A DNA stretch of 64,000 nt, from positions 4,682,071-4,746,070 of the forward strand of contig MU053810.1 in assembly GCA_013239625.1 (NCBI GenBank). The letters run 5' to 3'. The position numbers and the translations under genes were made by a program. Source of the stretch: Lama guanicoe (Eukaryota). This document shows, piece by piece, positions 27,022 to 39,794 of this stretch (the stretch's first letter is position 1; each line of letters begins with the position of its first letter). Below the pieces are notes generated by a model that saw nothing but the letters and a program-made list of their open reading frames with translations, was not told where the DNA came from and did no database searches.

Positions 27022-27344
27022 TAGAGGGCGTGGTTGGTTTTTGCAGACTTCTTGGTGCCAGACTCTTTTGTGTTTGCAGCTGTCTTCTGTAGGTCTGTTC
27101 ATAGTGTTCCTATGAACCTCCAGCAAGACAAACGCTATTCTCTGTTCTGCAACGTTTTCTCTCTCTGAATGGAAAGAGTGTTATACCTTTAAAGATAAGA
27201 GTCTGGAGAATGGGCTGTCTTGTATATTTCAGGCTGTAGGCAACATTCTTTTGGTGATTAAACTTGTAGCAAAGGCAACAGAATACAGAGGTTAAAGTAA
27301 GAATAGTAGATCCAATATGGAGTCAGATTTGTTCTTCTATTACA
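27022..27344 (-). mobile_element. ERV1 LTR 5' part (MER41-like, laurasiatherian type)
   Basis: Minus strand begins TGTAATAGAAGAACAAATCTGACTCCATATTGGATCT (TG LTR start plus the gactccat motif of MER41-class LTRs); truncated next to the L1 end. Confidence 0.65.
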
Positions 27345-29227
27345 AGAGGATTTTCTCTAGCATGGGAACTAAGTGGACAGGGGTGGGAGGCTATGACGAC
27401 CGGCTGGCATGGTCCACTTCAATTTCCTTCTAGCATGCCTCTCTTTACTTTAGAAGCTGATAAGACGCATTCTGGAATGTGAGATGTGCAGCTTCCAGAA
27501 GTAGGGAGCAGGGCACTGGTGGAGGCTTTGGGTTCTCTTTGGCATCAGAGGTCTCAGAGCATAGTCACTCGCTGGGTAGGGTTGGAAGTCAGGGTGCAAA
27601 GAGTCCATTTTTCTACTACTAAGGATGCAGGTGTGGTCTAGCTTTCTAACAGAACCAGCAGCTTCCTGACCAAGACAGCCATGGCTTTGGAGTCTCAGGG
27701 GTCCAAGGTGACCAAAAGCTTCCTCTTTGTCAAATGGGTTCTGCATTGTCCCACTTCTAGAGTGAAAATTTGGCCCAATGATTCTGCAAGCCACTTAATG
27801 AGTCCTTTTTTTTTTTTTTTTTTTTTTTTTAATTTGCTTAAACCAGCTGGAGTCAGTTCAGTTCAGTTCTCTGCAACTGAACCCCAGCTGCTACAAGGGG
27901 TCTGATTTGCAGTATTTGTAGAAATTGTAGTGCTGCCTCTTCTGTGTATTTCAGAAAATATGACAAGTACCAGTACAGACTGATGACTTTCAGAGACTTG
28001 GCAGTGAACTGGAGAATGAACTGGAGGTGTGGTTTCCCAACTGCGTTCCTTAGAACTCTAGAGTTTTGTGGTGTTTTCTCTACTGTAAATATTGCACTTT
28101 CATATAAGATTTCATTTGGAAAATGAGCTATGCTAAATTTCTAACACACAGTCAAATACATTAAGCAGACCAAGGGGCATGGAAGAGTAGGGGAGTTATG
28201 AAGAAAGTTCCTCTCGACAGCAGGAATCCTTGAGTATTTCTCTTTTGCCATAGTGAGTGAGTCAAAAAGGTTGCCTCCTAGTTGTTTTTGGTTTTTTGCA
28301 CTTGATGTAACAAATGTCTTGAAAGGTAGCTTTTAAAAACTGAATCAATCTTTAAACTAAGGGGGAGGGGGAATGGATGGGGGACCAGGAATTAACCACT
28401 GAAGGAAACATTTCAACAAATCCTCTTGGTAGAGCAAAACATGTTTTTGTGATACAAGTAATCACCCCCGAATTTTCCTTTATAAGCTTGGGTTTTCATA
28501 TGTGAGGTTTTCTGAAAGAAGGGAGTACTTATCCAAGTTTACCCACTTGGCTCTCAATTCACCCATAAGAAAGAATGTTCTTGTAAAAGATTGTGTAGAC
28601 TCATGATTTGTTTGTACTTACTTTAAAAAATAAAGTTAGTCAGATGTCTTTCGAAATCCCTTGCTATTAACATTCCTGGGTTGAAACTGTAGAATAGGCT
28701 TCTCAGACTTTGAGGAAATGGTTTAGTTAATGTGGTACCTGAGGAGTTCTATGCCCATCACCGAGATCTCAAGGGTTACTTTGCAGACAGGATGCAGGTA
28801 GGGAAAGCATCAATGAAGGTGGATAGAAGATTTGATGGATTCTCAGAGTTGGAGCCCTCCCCGAGAGACCATCATTTTACAGGGTCTGTCTGTGGCTGGA
28901 AAGTACCAGTGAAAAGACGTGGAGAAGACTAGAAGACTGTGGGTCTGCTGTTTCTGTTTCTTCCTTTATCACTGGGATGTTCCTAAACCTGGATCACAGG
29001 TCACCTTTTTGTAAAGTTATCAGAAAACATTTCTCTACTGCAGGTGGAGCTATAGGGTTAAATAACTGGAAAGGTGACTTAAGTTGCCAAAGCCACTTCA
29101 GAAAATCAGACTGCTGGTAAACCGGTGTGAAATATTTCTTTCTCTCTGTCACAGCCTTGAAACCCCATCCAAACCCAGACCCCTAGATAATGTTTATGCT
29201 TATCCTTTATTCAAAAAAGAAGTCATC

Positions 29228-29480
29228 CATAGAATAACTTGTGGTTTCCAAGGGGGTGGGGGGTTGGAAGAGATAGACTGGGATTTCAAAATTGTAGAAT
29301 AGATAAACAAGATTATACTGTATAGTACAGGGAAATATATACAAGATCCCTGTGGTAGCTCACAGAGAAAAAATGTGACAGTGAATATACACATGTTCAT
29401 GTATAACTGAAAAATTGAGCTCTACACTGGAATTTGACACAACATTGTAAAATGATTATAAATAATTTAAAAAGTTAAAA
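29228..29480 (+). mobile_element. 5'-truncated lineage-specific L1 3' end with TSD
   Basis: gataaacaagattatactgtatagtacagggaaatatat...cacaacattgtaaaatgattata plus A tail; TSD aaaaaagaagtcatc (29213-29227) / aaaaaaaagtcatc (ends 29490). Confidence 0.85.
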
Positions 29481-30987
29481 AAAAGTCATCATCAAGTTTC
29501 ATAAGACAACAGAAAAAAGCAAGTTTCATCCATTATTTATACCTCTCTACATCCAAAATAGATTTGATTTGGCTTAAAACAATAAAAGTATATAAGAACC
29601 ATTAAACTAAGAATTAATACAAGTAGCAGTTGGGCACAATATGTGTGCCAGGAAAATTAAGATAAGAATAATTGCTGTTAATTGCAGCCAAGATTAAAAA
29701 AAAAAGAAGATAAAAGAAGAAATATAATGAGTTCAGTGGATTTCATTATTTAAGAAGAGGTTTATAGCAGCTTATTTAGAGCATTATAATCCAAGAACTC
29801 CTGTATCTTAATGTTGTTGACATCATATTATGTAATAGATAGTTATATTTAACACTTGTTTTATGGAAAGTTTCTTTGTAGAAAACTTTAAAATCCAAGG
29901 ACATAGTATGAAATTATCTTATTAGAAGTTGTGTCTTTTGGACTCTTGTAGGTTTCTGGTGATGTAATTGGATACATGGCAAAAGTTCATCTAGTCTTGA
30001 TAATTGACCTGGCCCCCAAATGATTGGCTCTTGTCTAGTAATGGTCTCATTAGGGTGAGTAACTTCAGACAGAGGGGAGAATTTGAGGGGCAGGTCACTG
30101 CTGAACGCTTGAAAGGCAAAAGATTTGGAGAAGAATCCCCAAATTCCAAATTCCTAGTAATACCAACCACTGCTCTGCACTCTCTCCAGGGATGAGATTG
30201 GAGGTATCTGAATTCAGACAATGTGCCCTGCCTGATATGCTCTGCTGCGGCTTGGTTGGAACAGAAGATGAGGGTTTAAGAAATGTTGCCTGAACTACTT
30301 TGCGGGGGAAAGATTTAGTTTATTGAATGCTGTTGTTTTTCCTTTGCTGCGGAAACTCTACCTAAACTCTGTTGACAATGAGTTGCTGGTTTTTTGGTAA
30401 ATGTAAAATTCATTGCACCCTTAAGAGTTTCTTGCCAAGTTAACTTGTTCTTTCAAAGCCGACTTTAAAATATAATCCTTGATGCTCATCTAATTCTCTA
30501 AGAGTTTGCACACATTTTTTGCACCTGCTTTTAAAGATTATTCTATGAACTACTAAAAATAATATTAAGATGCAAGCCAGCTTTATGTTATACACCCAGG
30601 TAGAATTCCATCCTTGGTGCCATCATCCTGGACATGACCTCCAGAAAGCTGCCCACGGACATCTGGAAACTGAGATTTGGGGCACTTTCTTCTGTTTCAG
30701 GCAGAGTGTAAGAAGAGAGGGAAGTATGCGTCTGCATTGTTAGAGGGTCGCTGTAAGTCTTCATAAGTGAAGGAATCAGTGAATTCCTTCCAGATTTCTC
30801 AAGTGACCCCTGTGACACAGGATGTCAACTAAGCGGCCTCAAGGTCCAGAGATGAGGTCCTGTGTAGACCGCCTGGGGACTCAGTCTCCATCCAGAAGCT
30901 GCTTTTGAGCATGAGAGTAGGTGAGCCCCGAGGCCGCACCAAGATGGTCTGCAGTTTCTTGTCAGGCTGAGCCACTCTCTTAGGGGC

Positions 30988-31394
30988 TATTATTGGCCAA
31001 ACAGTATCTTCCTCTCACTCCCCCCTCCAAGTTTGTATGTTGAAGTCCTAACCGCCACCATCCCCAGTCTCTCAGAATGTGACTGTATTTGGAAAAAGGG
31101 CCTTTTTAAAGAGGTGATTAAGTTAGAATGAAGTCATAAGGGTGGGTCCTAATCCAATAGGGCTGGTGTCCTTACAAGAAGAGGTTAGGTCACAGACGGG
31201 CACAGAGGGAAGACCGTGCGAGGGCAGAGGGAGAAGATGGCCCTCTGCAAGCCAACGGGAGCGACGCCAGAGGAAATCAGCTCCACTGACTCCTTGGTCT
31301 AAGACTTTCAGCCTCCTAAACCGTGAAGGGATAGATTTCTGTCGTGAAGTCACCCAGTGTGTGGATGTAATGGCAGCGCCAGCAAGCAAACACA
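30988..31394 (+). mobile_element. MLT1B-like MaLR solo LTR
   Basis: tatgttgaagtcctaac...tcagaatgtgactgtatttgga...cctaatccaat...tggtgtccttacaagaagagg...gactttcagcctcc...aatggcagc. Confidence 0.85.
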
Positions 31395-32413
31395 GGGACA
31401 CGGGACATTCTTCTTTCCTTTCTTATACAAGGGGACAGTCAGGCTTGAGGCAGTTGTCACAAACTTGAAGTGTTTATTTCTTCAAGACAGTGAAATTCGA
31501 TTAGTCAGGTTTTCTGTTTATTTTAATTTGGGTTTTATTGCTAGGCCCTTCAGCCTTTGGACAGTACATCGACTTGGTCTCTTAGCATTGCAAGGGGACA
31601 TTTTAAACCCCTGGGACAGTTCAACTTCCATGACTACTTTTCTGTCTGGCATCTCCCAAGCCCCATCCTCAGAGTTAGCAAATGAAAATTGTTTCACATC
31701 TAAATGATTTAACTGTATCTCATCAAGAAAAGCTCCAAATTTCATCATGCCAAATTTTGAGTTCTCGCAAGTTTGGTGATGTCATTAAAAATGATGTTCC
31801 CACCAAGTTGCCACTTTCAGAACTTTTCTTAGGTGTTAATTGGCTTTCAGACATCTCTGGCTAAATTTCTCCCAATAATATAAAGCTAAAAATGATTTAA
31901 AAACTAAATCCTTCCATTTCTTTTCTTTATAGGTTTTGCCCATTTCTCAATTTTTTTCCTCATTTATGTTTTTATGCATTTATTAAGAATCTGTTCAGTT
32001 CCTGGCACTGTTAAAGGTGCCATGGTGAGTTATTTTAAAAAATATATGAAATCTGGTTCTTGTATTCAAGGAATTTTCAGTGTAATTGAAGACACATGGT
32101 AACCATGTAAAGCCATTAAAATATACATAAATCAAAGACTGCATGGATGAAGCTGTGCATACACCCAGCCTCACTGGCTCCCAGCTGTTCCAGCATCTTC
32201 CACATCAGGAACATGCCCACGCTGCTCTCTCTGTCTGGATCCATCCCCCACTTGTGGGCCCCCCATGTCTGCACGGTCCCCTCCTCACTGCATTCAGAGC
32301 TGTGCTCAAACAGCCTCATCAGAGAGCCCTCCCCTGAATAAGACGGCACCCACCCTGCCAACCTCTTTTGACTTAACCTATCTACATTCTTTCTCATGAT
32401 ACATCATTTAGAA

Positions 32414-32570
32414 CAGTGGTTCTCCCAATTTTAGCAGAGAACGTGTTAAAACACAGATGTCTGGCTGTGCTTACTGCCTTTCTGATTCAGTAGATTTATG
32501 GTGAGACGCACGAATATGCAGCTCTAACTAGTTCCCGGGTCACCTGGATGCTGCTGGTCAGGGGATCCCT
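32414..32570. mobile_element. MER5A-like hAT-Charlie MITE
   Basis: cagtggttctc...tgttaaaacacagat...ttctgattcagtag...gttcccgggt...gatgctgctggtc. Confidence 0.7.
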
Positions 32571-33389
32571 GATTCAGGGTAATATTACTCCCTGGGAAAG
32601 ATTTAAAGTATCATTACAACGTAGCACCACATGAGGGCATTTTATTTAGTCTCCATAGTGGATGGAAAGCAGTCCTTTTACATTAGCAGGAAACTATGGA
32701 GACCATAATGTCCGCTGCAGATCACGTCCTTGGACTGGAGTGTTTAATTCCAGCTCACGTGACTCAGAGGGCTCTCACAAGAAGTGTGAGAATCACGCGT
32801 CCTTCCTGCAGTGCACTGTAGAGCCAACCTGCCTCGCCGCCTTCTGCTCTGTGCCCTTCCTATTTTTGATCCCTATTTGATCTGTGACCTGCCTTTATCT
32901 GCCATCTCATCACCGAGCTTGACGCCCTTGGAAATGTACAGATTCAATGTGCCTGGCCTTTTCATAGGACATCATGCCTCTCTGTACCCACAGCTCGATT
33001 TTCTGAACTCAGAGATGCCCCCCCCCACCAGTGTCCTGCCCTTGTCTGCCCCAGGGAAACTCTGGCACCAGCCATGGTCAGTTAGGACCCAGGTATTGGT
33101 ACTGATATGGCATTGACAGGGCAGCTGGTGGATGAGTCCAGTGCAGCTGAAAATTTTGCTGGAGAAGAGAGCTCCCTTGGGACAAGATGCTTTATGCTTT
33201 GATTCAGTCATTGGTTTTGCATGATTCTAGGGCAGCGTTCTTTCATATGCTCCCGTTTGCCTTTGTACGAAGAGTCAGGTAATACAGGAACTCTTTTAAG
33301 AGTAAAAAATTTCAACTTAACATATTAATTAAATACATATTAAATACCTTGAATGCCCCTGGTGCTTTATTAGGTAGGAAGAAAGAAAG

Positions 33390-34110
33390 TCATTCTTTCA
33401 ACAAATATTTACTGAGTTCCTACTAAGGCAGCCCTGGGTGCTGTCAACCAAAGAATCACAACCCTCTGATGTTTTGGAGCTGCTATTATGTTGGGAGAAG
33501 AGATGATAAACAAGTAGGATACAGAATAGATGGTATAAATGCTATGGAGAGGAATAAAATAGAGGCAGGGGTCCAGTGAGTGCTGCAAAGATGAAGGTGT
33601 GAAAGTTGTCATTTTGAAAAGGGTGGACAGGGAGAGCATCACTGAGAAAGCAGCATTTGAGCCATGACCCACAGCACATGAGGATGCGGGCCGCGCAGAT
33701 ATCTTGGGGAGGAGAATTCCAGGCAAAGGGACCAACCAGTGCAAAGGCTTTGAAGGAGGGCACACCTGGCACACTCAGGGAACAGCCAAGAGACCACTGT
33801 GACTGGCACAGTAACAGAGGAGTTAGGGGATGAGTCTGCAGAAGCAACGGGAGCTGGATAATGTACGGCTTGGACAACAGCAGAAATCTGCACGCTGTCC
33901 TCATTGCAATGGGAATGGCTATATCGCAGAATTAGGAGCAGTGGGCATTGATCCCATTTTAAAGATTGTATTCTGGCTGCTGGGTTTGAAGTAGAATAAT
34001 GGGGGACTAGGGAGAAGTTGTGAGGACTAGTTAGTCTTGCTGTAATCTAAGGAGATGAGAGTGTTAGCAGTGGAAGCAGTGAGACGTTGGATTCTGTAGA
34101 TGTTTTGAAA
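33390..34110 (-). mobile_element. L2 LINE 3' part
   Basis: ttcaacaaatatttactgagttcctact...attccaggcaaagggaccaaccagtgcaaaggc...tttaaagattgtattctggctgctg. Confidence 0.8.
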
Positions 34111-34309
34111 TTAGAGTAAGAAGAATCCTTGCCATCCAGGGGTTCTAATGAAGGAGAGAGATCTATATAAGAAATCACCAGAGTAGCTGACATTGGCCCC
34201 CCAGAATCATGGTATCTAGCACGCTATACAGCAAGGCCAGGATCTGAAACCCCAGCAGTCTGTCTCCAGAGCCCATGTACTAAACCACTGTACTGTACTG
34301 AAAAGGGAA

Positions 34310-34510
34310 AGCAGGAAACAGTCAGAGAACAGTGGAATAATGTCTTCAGGATCCTGGGGGAAAGATCACTTTTAACGAGTATTCCTTTAGCCAACAAGGT
34401 GGTTACTTAAGAGTGAGGGTGAAGAGAAGACACTTTCAGGTGAGCAGATTAAGAGTATTTAGCATTCACAGACTCTGGCTGAAAGAACTGGTAACATATG
34501 TATTTCACAT
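34310..34510 (+). mobile_element. Old L1ME/HAL1-type ORF1 C-terminal fragment
   Basis: Translates to ...EQWNNVFRIL... and ...KSEGEEKTLS...HRLWLKELV..., like the L1 ORF1p CTD. Confidence 0.55.
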
Positions 34511-34512
34511 AA

Positions 34513-37173
34513 AAATCCTCAACAAAATATTAGGAAATCAAATCTAACAATTTATTAGAAAAAAGATACATCACCACTGAGGGGGGTTTATCCCAGGTAT
34601 GCAAGGCTAGTTCAATATTTGAAATCCAATCAATGTCATCTGCCATATCAACGGGCTAAAGAAGAAACGAATTGTATGATTACATCAACTAACATATTAC
34701 AGAGCATTTGAGAAAAATGGTATACATACATGATTAAAAAAAAAAAAAACCTAACAAACTGGGAGTGGAGGGGAACTTTCTCAACACATAAAGAGCCTCT
34801 ACCAAAAAGCCTACTGCTAACGTCATGCTTAATGGTGAGAGACTGAATGCTTTCCCTCTTAAGACTGGGAACAAGGAAGGTAAGACTATCCAACCTCACC
34901 ATTCTTATTCAGCATAATTCTGGAAATTCTAGCCAGTGCAGCAGACAAGGAAAAGAAGTAAACAGCATGCCACTTAGAAAGGAGGAAGGAAAACTCTCTG
35001 TGCTTCCAAAAGACCTGTCTACATAGAAAACCCCACAGGATGTACCCCCCACAAAAGACAGACAAACCAACAGAACCCTCTCATAGAAGTAATAAGTGAG
35101 TTCAGTAAGGTCACAGGATACAAGATCAGCATACAAACTCAACTGCATCTCTGTATACACAAAACAAACAACACGGAAGCCAAAATGAAAAGCATAATGC
35201 GATTTACAGTTGCTCCAAAGAATATTAAACACTTGGGTATAAATCTAACAGAACACATACAGGATCTGTATGCTGGAAATTACAATACACTGGTGAAAGC
35301 AATCGCGAACCTAGTAAGTGAAGAGATACTGTTTTCATAGATTGGAAGCCTCGGCAGAGTAAAGATGTTAGTTTTCTCCAAATTGATCTACAGATTTAAG
35401 ACAGTTCCTATTAAAATCACAGCAAGTTTTTTGTTTTGTTTTGTTTTGCTTTAGAAACAGAAACGAGCTTATTCTAAAATTTATATAAAAAGGCAGAAGG
35501 GCTAGAAAGGGTAAAACAACTTTGACAAAGAAGAAATAAAATGGGAGGAATCAGTCTACCTGATTTTGAGCCTGACCACAGAGCTACAGCAATCAGGACT
35601 GTGTGGTATTGGCAGAGACGGACATGTAGATTAATGAAACAGAATAGAGAACCCAGAACTCTACCCAGAAAATTAGACTGAACTAATTTTTGACAAAATT
35701 GCAAAAGCAGTTCAATGGAAGACAGACAGCTTTTTCAACTAGTGATACTTGGATCGGTTGGACATCCACAGGCAGAAAAGAGAACTTTAACTTAATTCTC
35801 ACACTTGTACAAAAATTAACTCAACCTAGATCATGGACTTAAATGTAAAATGTTGAAAATTGAAGCCTTTCGGAAAAAATAAAGAGATATTATTCAGGAC
35901 TTTGAGTTTTGGGAATAGTTCTTAGATGTAACACCAAAAGCACAGTCCATAAAAGGAAAAATTGATAAAATGGACCTCATCCAAAACAGGGGCCAAAAAA
36001 ACTGACCTTGTTAAGAGGATGAAAAGATAAGCTACAGTCTGGGAGAAAAATGTTTGTAGTCGTGTGACTGACAGGGGACTAATATTTAAAATGTATAGAG
36101 AATTTTCAAACTCAACAATAAAAAAAAAATCCAATTAGAAAAAGGACAAAATACAGGAAGAGACATTTCAACTGAAAAGGAGGTACAAGATAGTAAACAA
36201 GAAATGGAAATATGTTCATCATTGGCTTTTTGGGATGTACAGATTTAAATGTTGTGCAGAGAGAGTACGACACGTATGACAGAATGGTTACAATTTTCTT
36301 CAAAAGTTATAGGAGCCATTTACTTCAGCAAAGAGGCTGACTTTTGCAAATAATTATAACACAAAATGCTAGCAAGGATGCAGATAAACTGGATCAATCA
36401 TACACGGCTGGTGAGAATATAAAATGGTACAGCCACTCTGGGAAATAGTTTTACAGTTAAAAAAAAAACCCTAAAAATAGACTTACAGTATGACTCAGGA
36501 GTTGACACTCATTGGCATTTATCTCAAGTAAATGAAAACTTTTCTTCACCCAGAAACTTGTACATAGATGCTCACAGCAGCTTTGTTGGTAATCCCAAAA
36601 GCTAGGAAGTACACAGATACCCTTCAGTGGGCAAAGAGTTAAGTACAATATGGTCCCTCCGCACTATGGAATCCTGCTGCAATAAAAGGGCCAAACTGTT
36701 AACACACACAACAGCTTGGATGTACCTGAAGAGAATTATGCAGAGTGGGCTGGGTGGAGGGGAGCACCCATCTCTAAAGGTACTATTCCATTTATATAAA
36801 ACATTATTAAAATAAAATTATAGAAATGGAGAACAAATGAGTAATTTCCAGGGTTTGTGGGGTGTTCCCAGAGGGGTAGCATGAGGGAGACGTGTGGCGA
36901 TGATACAGTTACGTATCGTGATTGGGGTAGTAGTTACACGGAGGTAAATTTCACAGACTGACACACACACACACACACACACTCATGTATAAATCTGAGT
37001 AAGCTCTGTAGGTGGTTCCAATTTCAGTGTCCTGGTTTTGTTATTGTACATGGTTATTACAAGATGTCAGTGTTGGCGGAGGCAGGGTGAAGGGTGCGTG
37101 GGACCTCCTTGTACATTTCTTTGCAACTTCCTGTGAATCTATAATTATTTCAAAATAAAAAGTGAAAAAAAAA
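34513..37173 (+). mobile_element. 5'-truncated L1 (ORF2 RT/C-terminal region plus 3' UTR; L1MC/L1MD-like), degraded
   Basis: aaaatcctcaacaaaatattag, tttatcccaggtatgcaaggctagttcaatat, atggtgagagactgaatgctttccc, gtgtggtattggc; 3' end gtgaatctataattatttcaaaataaaaagt plus A tail; (CA)n at ~36961-36981. Confidence 0.9.
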
Positions 37174-37544
37174 GTACCAAGAATTATACTAAACCTAGGA
37201 GGAAAAAGTAGAGTATGGGAAGTTATGGTGAGAAAAATGAGTTGGTAGTCATGTTTTCCAGAAAGCTGTACAGAAGTGTCAATCCTAACGAATTCTTTAA
37301 GGGAGTTAAAAGCAAAATAAAATAAAAGACCAGAGAGGGTGATCAGAGTAAAAGCATTCTAAAATCTTGTTTTCTAGGACAGAAAACCATATGTTTGAAG
37401 AGTCTTTATGATGAAACAGTAGACTGGTGTCTAAACCAACCGGTGCTATTTTAATTCATAGTAAAATCTCTTACCGAGTACCTGCTGTGTGTCTGGAAAC
37501 CTACTGACATCATAGTCGTGAAAGAAGGTGATTTCACCCCCTTT

Positions 37545-37675
37545 TCATTTATGGAAACACAGAGCCTAAACAGGGGTAAATGACATATGAAAGGTCATAC
37601 AGGAAGTGGCAAAGCAGAGTTTGACTCCAAGGCTCTCTGATGCCTAAGCCTGTGTTCTTATAACTCCACTCTGTC
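37545..37675 (-). mobile_element. MIR fragment
   Basis: ggaaacacagagcc...aaggtcatacaggaagtggcaaagcagagtttgactccaagg. Confidence 0.6.
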
Positions 37676-38246
37676 CTCCTGGGCAAAATGAATATTGAAG
37701 TAAGGTAATTTTCCAAAGGGAATGCCTGCCGTGTTTTGAAAATGAAATAGTTTGACCTTTTATGGAATGAAATACGAATTATCTCTAAACTCTGAGCAAA
37801 ACAGAAAGCTTTCGTATCTACTCCTGGCATTTCATTTTGTCAGCCAACCATGGGCAAGACTTAGGGCAAAATAGAAAGCTTTCACATCTCCTCTTTTCCT
37901 TTCTCAGTGCTAAACAGTCGTGGGAAGCTGGGGGTCGCAGGAGCCCATCATTAAATTAGTTGTGTTACCTGGAAGAATAAAGAGCATCAATTAACTCTCA
38001 AATTTAATGTTTTCTCAGTCAAGCTCTGAGCCTAGAAATACAATTTTTTTTAATCTTATCTTGTGTGGATGAGAAAAGGGAGGTGATATTTTGAAGATCA
38101 AAGAAAACCACAAGTCTATTGAACTGTTGATTAACTTCCCATTGGTAAATCTTACTTCTTTTTCTCCTGATGCTAAAATGATCTTGGAGCCCAAGTATGT
38201 GAAGATACATTTTTACACACACATATTCACAGAGCTTGTAGGAAGA

Positions 38247-38278
<32 letters not shown>

Positions 38279-38299
38279 ACACACACACACACACACACA
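38247..38299. repeat. Interrupted (CA)n microsatellite
   Basis: Long (ac)n run broken by agag. Confidence 0.95.
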
Positions 38300-39514
38300 T
38301 TGGTAATGTGTCCCTGTAGGAGGCGTTAGGGTCTAGTTTCTCCTGTTTGTTGAACAAATTTGAATAATAAAAAAAAAAACCCCTGAAGATTCATCTCTGC
38401 TCTAGCAGGGTTTTTCTCCTTCTTTTAGTCTGGAATAAATGAGTAAAGCTCTCCATTTTATAGGGCTGGAAAGAAGGGGTACTTTTATCTCACTTGAAAC
38501 ATTGTTCGGCAGAAGCTTCTATTTACTGGCTTATAAAAGCTTTTATGCCTCATCTGTTGTACTTAGGATGACTATCGCGAGTGTACTGGGAAAAGACTTG
38601 AAATGTGTTGCTTCCCGAGGTTAGAATTATAATCAGGTGGATTACTGAACCATCCAACTTTCCTTAATGTGTACACAATTCTGCATTGGCAGGAAGTGTT
38701 GAAGAAAACTCAAGTAGAGTATTAAGCAAGATGTAGCCTCAAACTCTGAAAACAGGTATGCTCACCCCCCACCTCTTTGTGTGCAGACTACAGAATGTGT
38801 GTGCCCAGCTCTTTCACAACTGTTTTATCTTATCAACAAAAATGCCTGTCAAGGGGCTGAGCTCACCACCACCTCTAGAAACACCGGGAGCATTCTGGCC
38901 CCAGCTGTCAAGGACCAGCTCAGAGATCTTGGGCAGATCTCACATCCTTCTTATGCTTTGATTTCCTCATCCATAAAATCTTGACCCATTTCCCAGGAGA
39001 TCTAGACAAATGGTTATGAAAAGCAGAACGTCTCCTGGAAATCCTTGGTGTTGATAAAATGAGGAGCCATTGGTTTATGTTGTGCCCTTGATGAAGTGAA
39101 GATAGTTACAAGGCAAAAACAAAAAGGAAAGTACCAGGAAGAAAGAATTCCCCCAAAGGCAGGCAGCCACGGCCATAATGCTGTGGTTCATCATGCCCTG
39201 CCCTGTTTGGGAGATGATGGTTTTCCAAAGGGCCGCCTTCAGTGCAGTCTTCACAGCACTCATCGATCATATGTCGTGAAAAGTGGCCAGGTAACTCTAC
39301 CTTATCCAGTTGGACCTATGAACAGTGGCTTCACTGAATGTTGGTTTATCTTATTCTCCACAAAAGATTAAAAGGTTATTTCTGAAATTTTTGTTTGAGA
39401 CTCTAAGTTTTCCATGAATGGCCATTATAATATTTCTCTCAATTTTGTTATTGGATAAGGTTCACCTGGATCAAAATAGTTATTAACTCTCTTACACATC
39501 ATCTTGAGAAGACA

Positions 39515-39760
39515 GATACCATATGGTTAAATCACAGACTCTGAAGCCAGATTGCTTGAGATCACAGCTCTATCATCTACCGTCATGTGATGTTGGTCAA
39601 ATTAACTACCTTTTGCCTCAATTTCCTCATCTGTAAATGGGTATGAAAGTAGAACCTACTTCCTAGTGTTGTAGTGAGACGTCAATTAGTTTATGTTAAT
39701 TGCTCAGCATAGTGCCTGAACCATATGAAGTACTATGTAGTTGGAATATTGTTATTATTA
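39515..39760 (+). mobile_element. MIR SINE (near full length)
   Basis: tggttaaatcacagactctgaagccagattgc...gcctcaatttcctcatctgtaaatggg...atagtgcctg. Confidence 0.85.
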
Positions 39761-39794
39761 AGCATTTCATAAAGCCACTGTGGGCAAATAAATC

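Noticed and set aside
34513..37173. Active or intact L1
   Set aside because: 5'-truncated, with many stops, frameshifts and deletions; no long plus-strand ORF.
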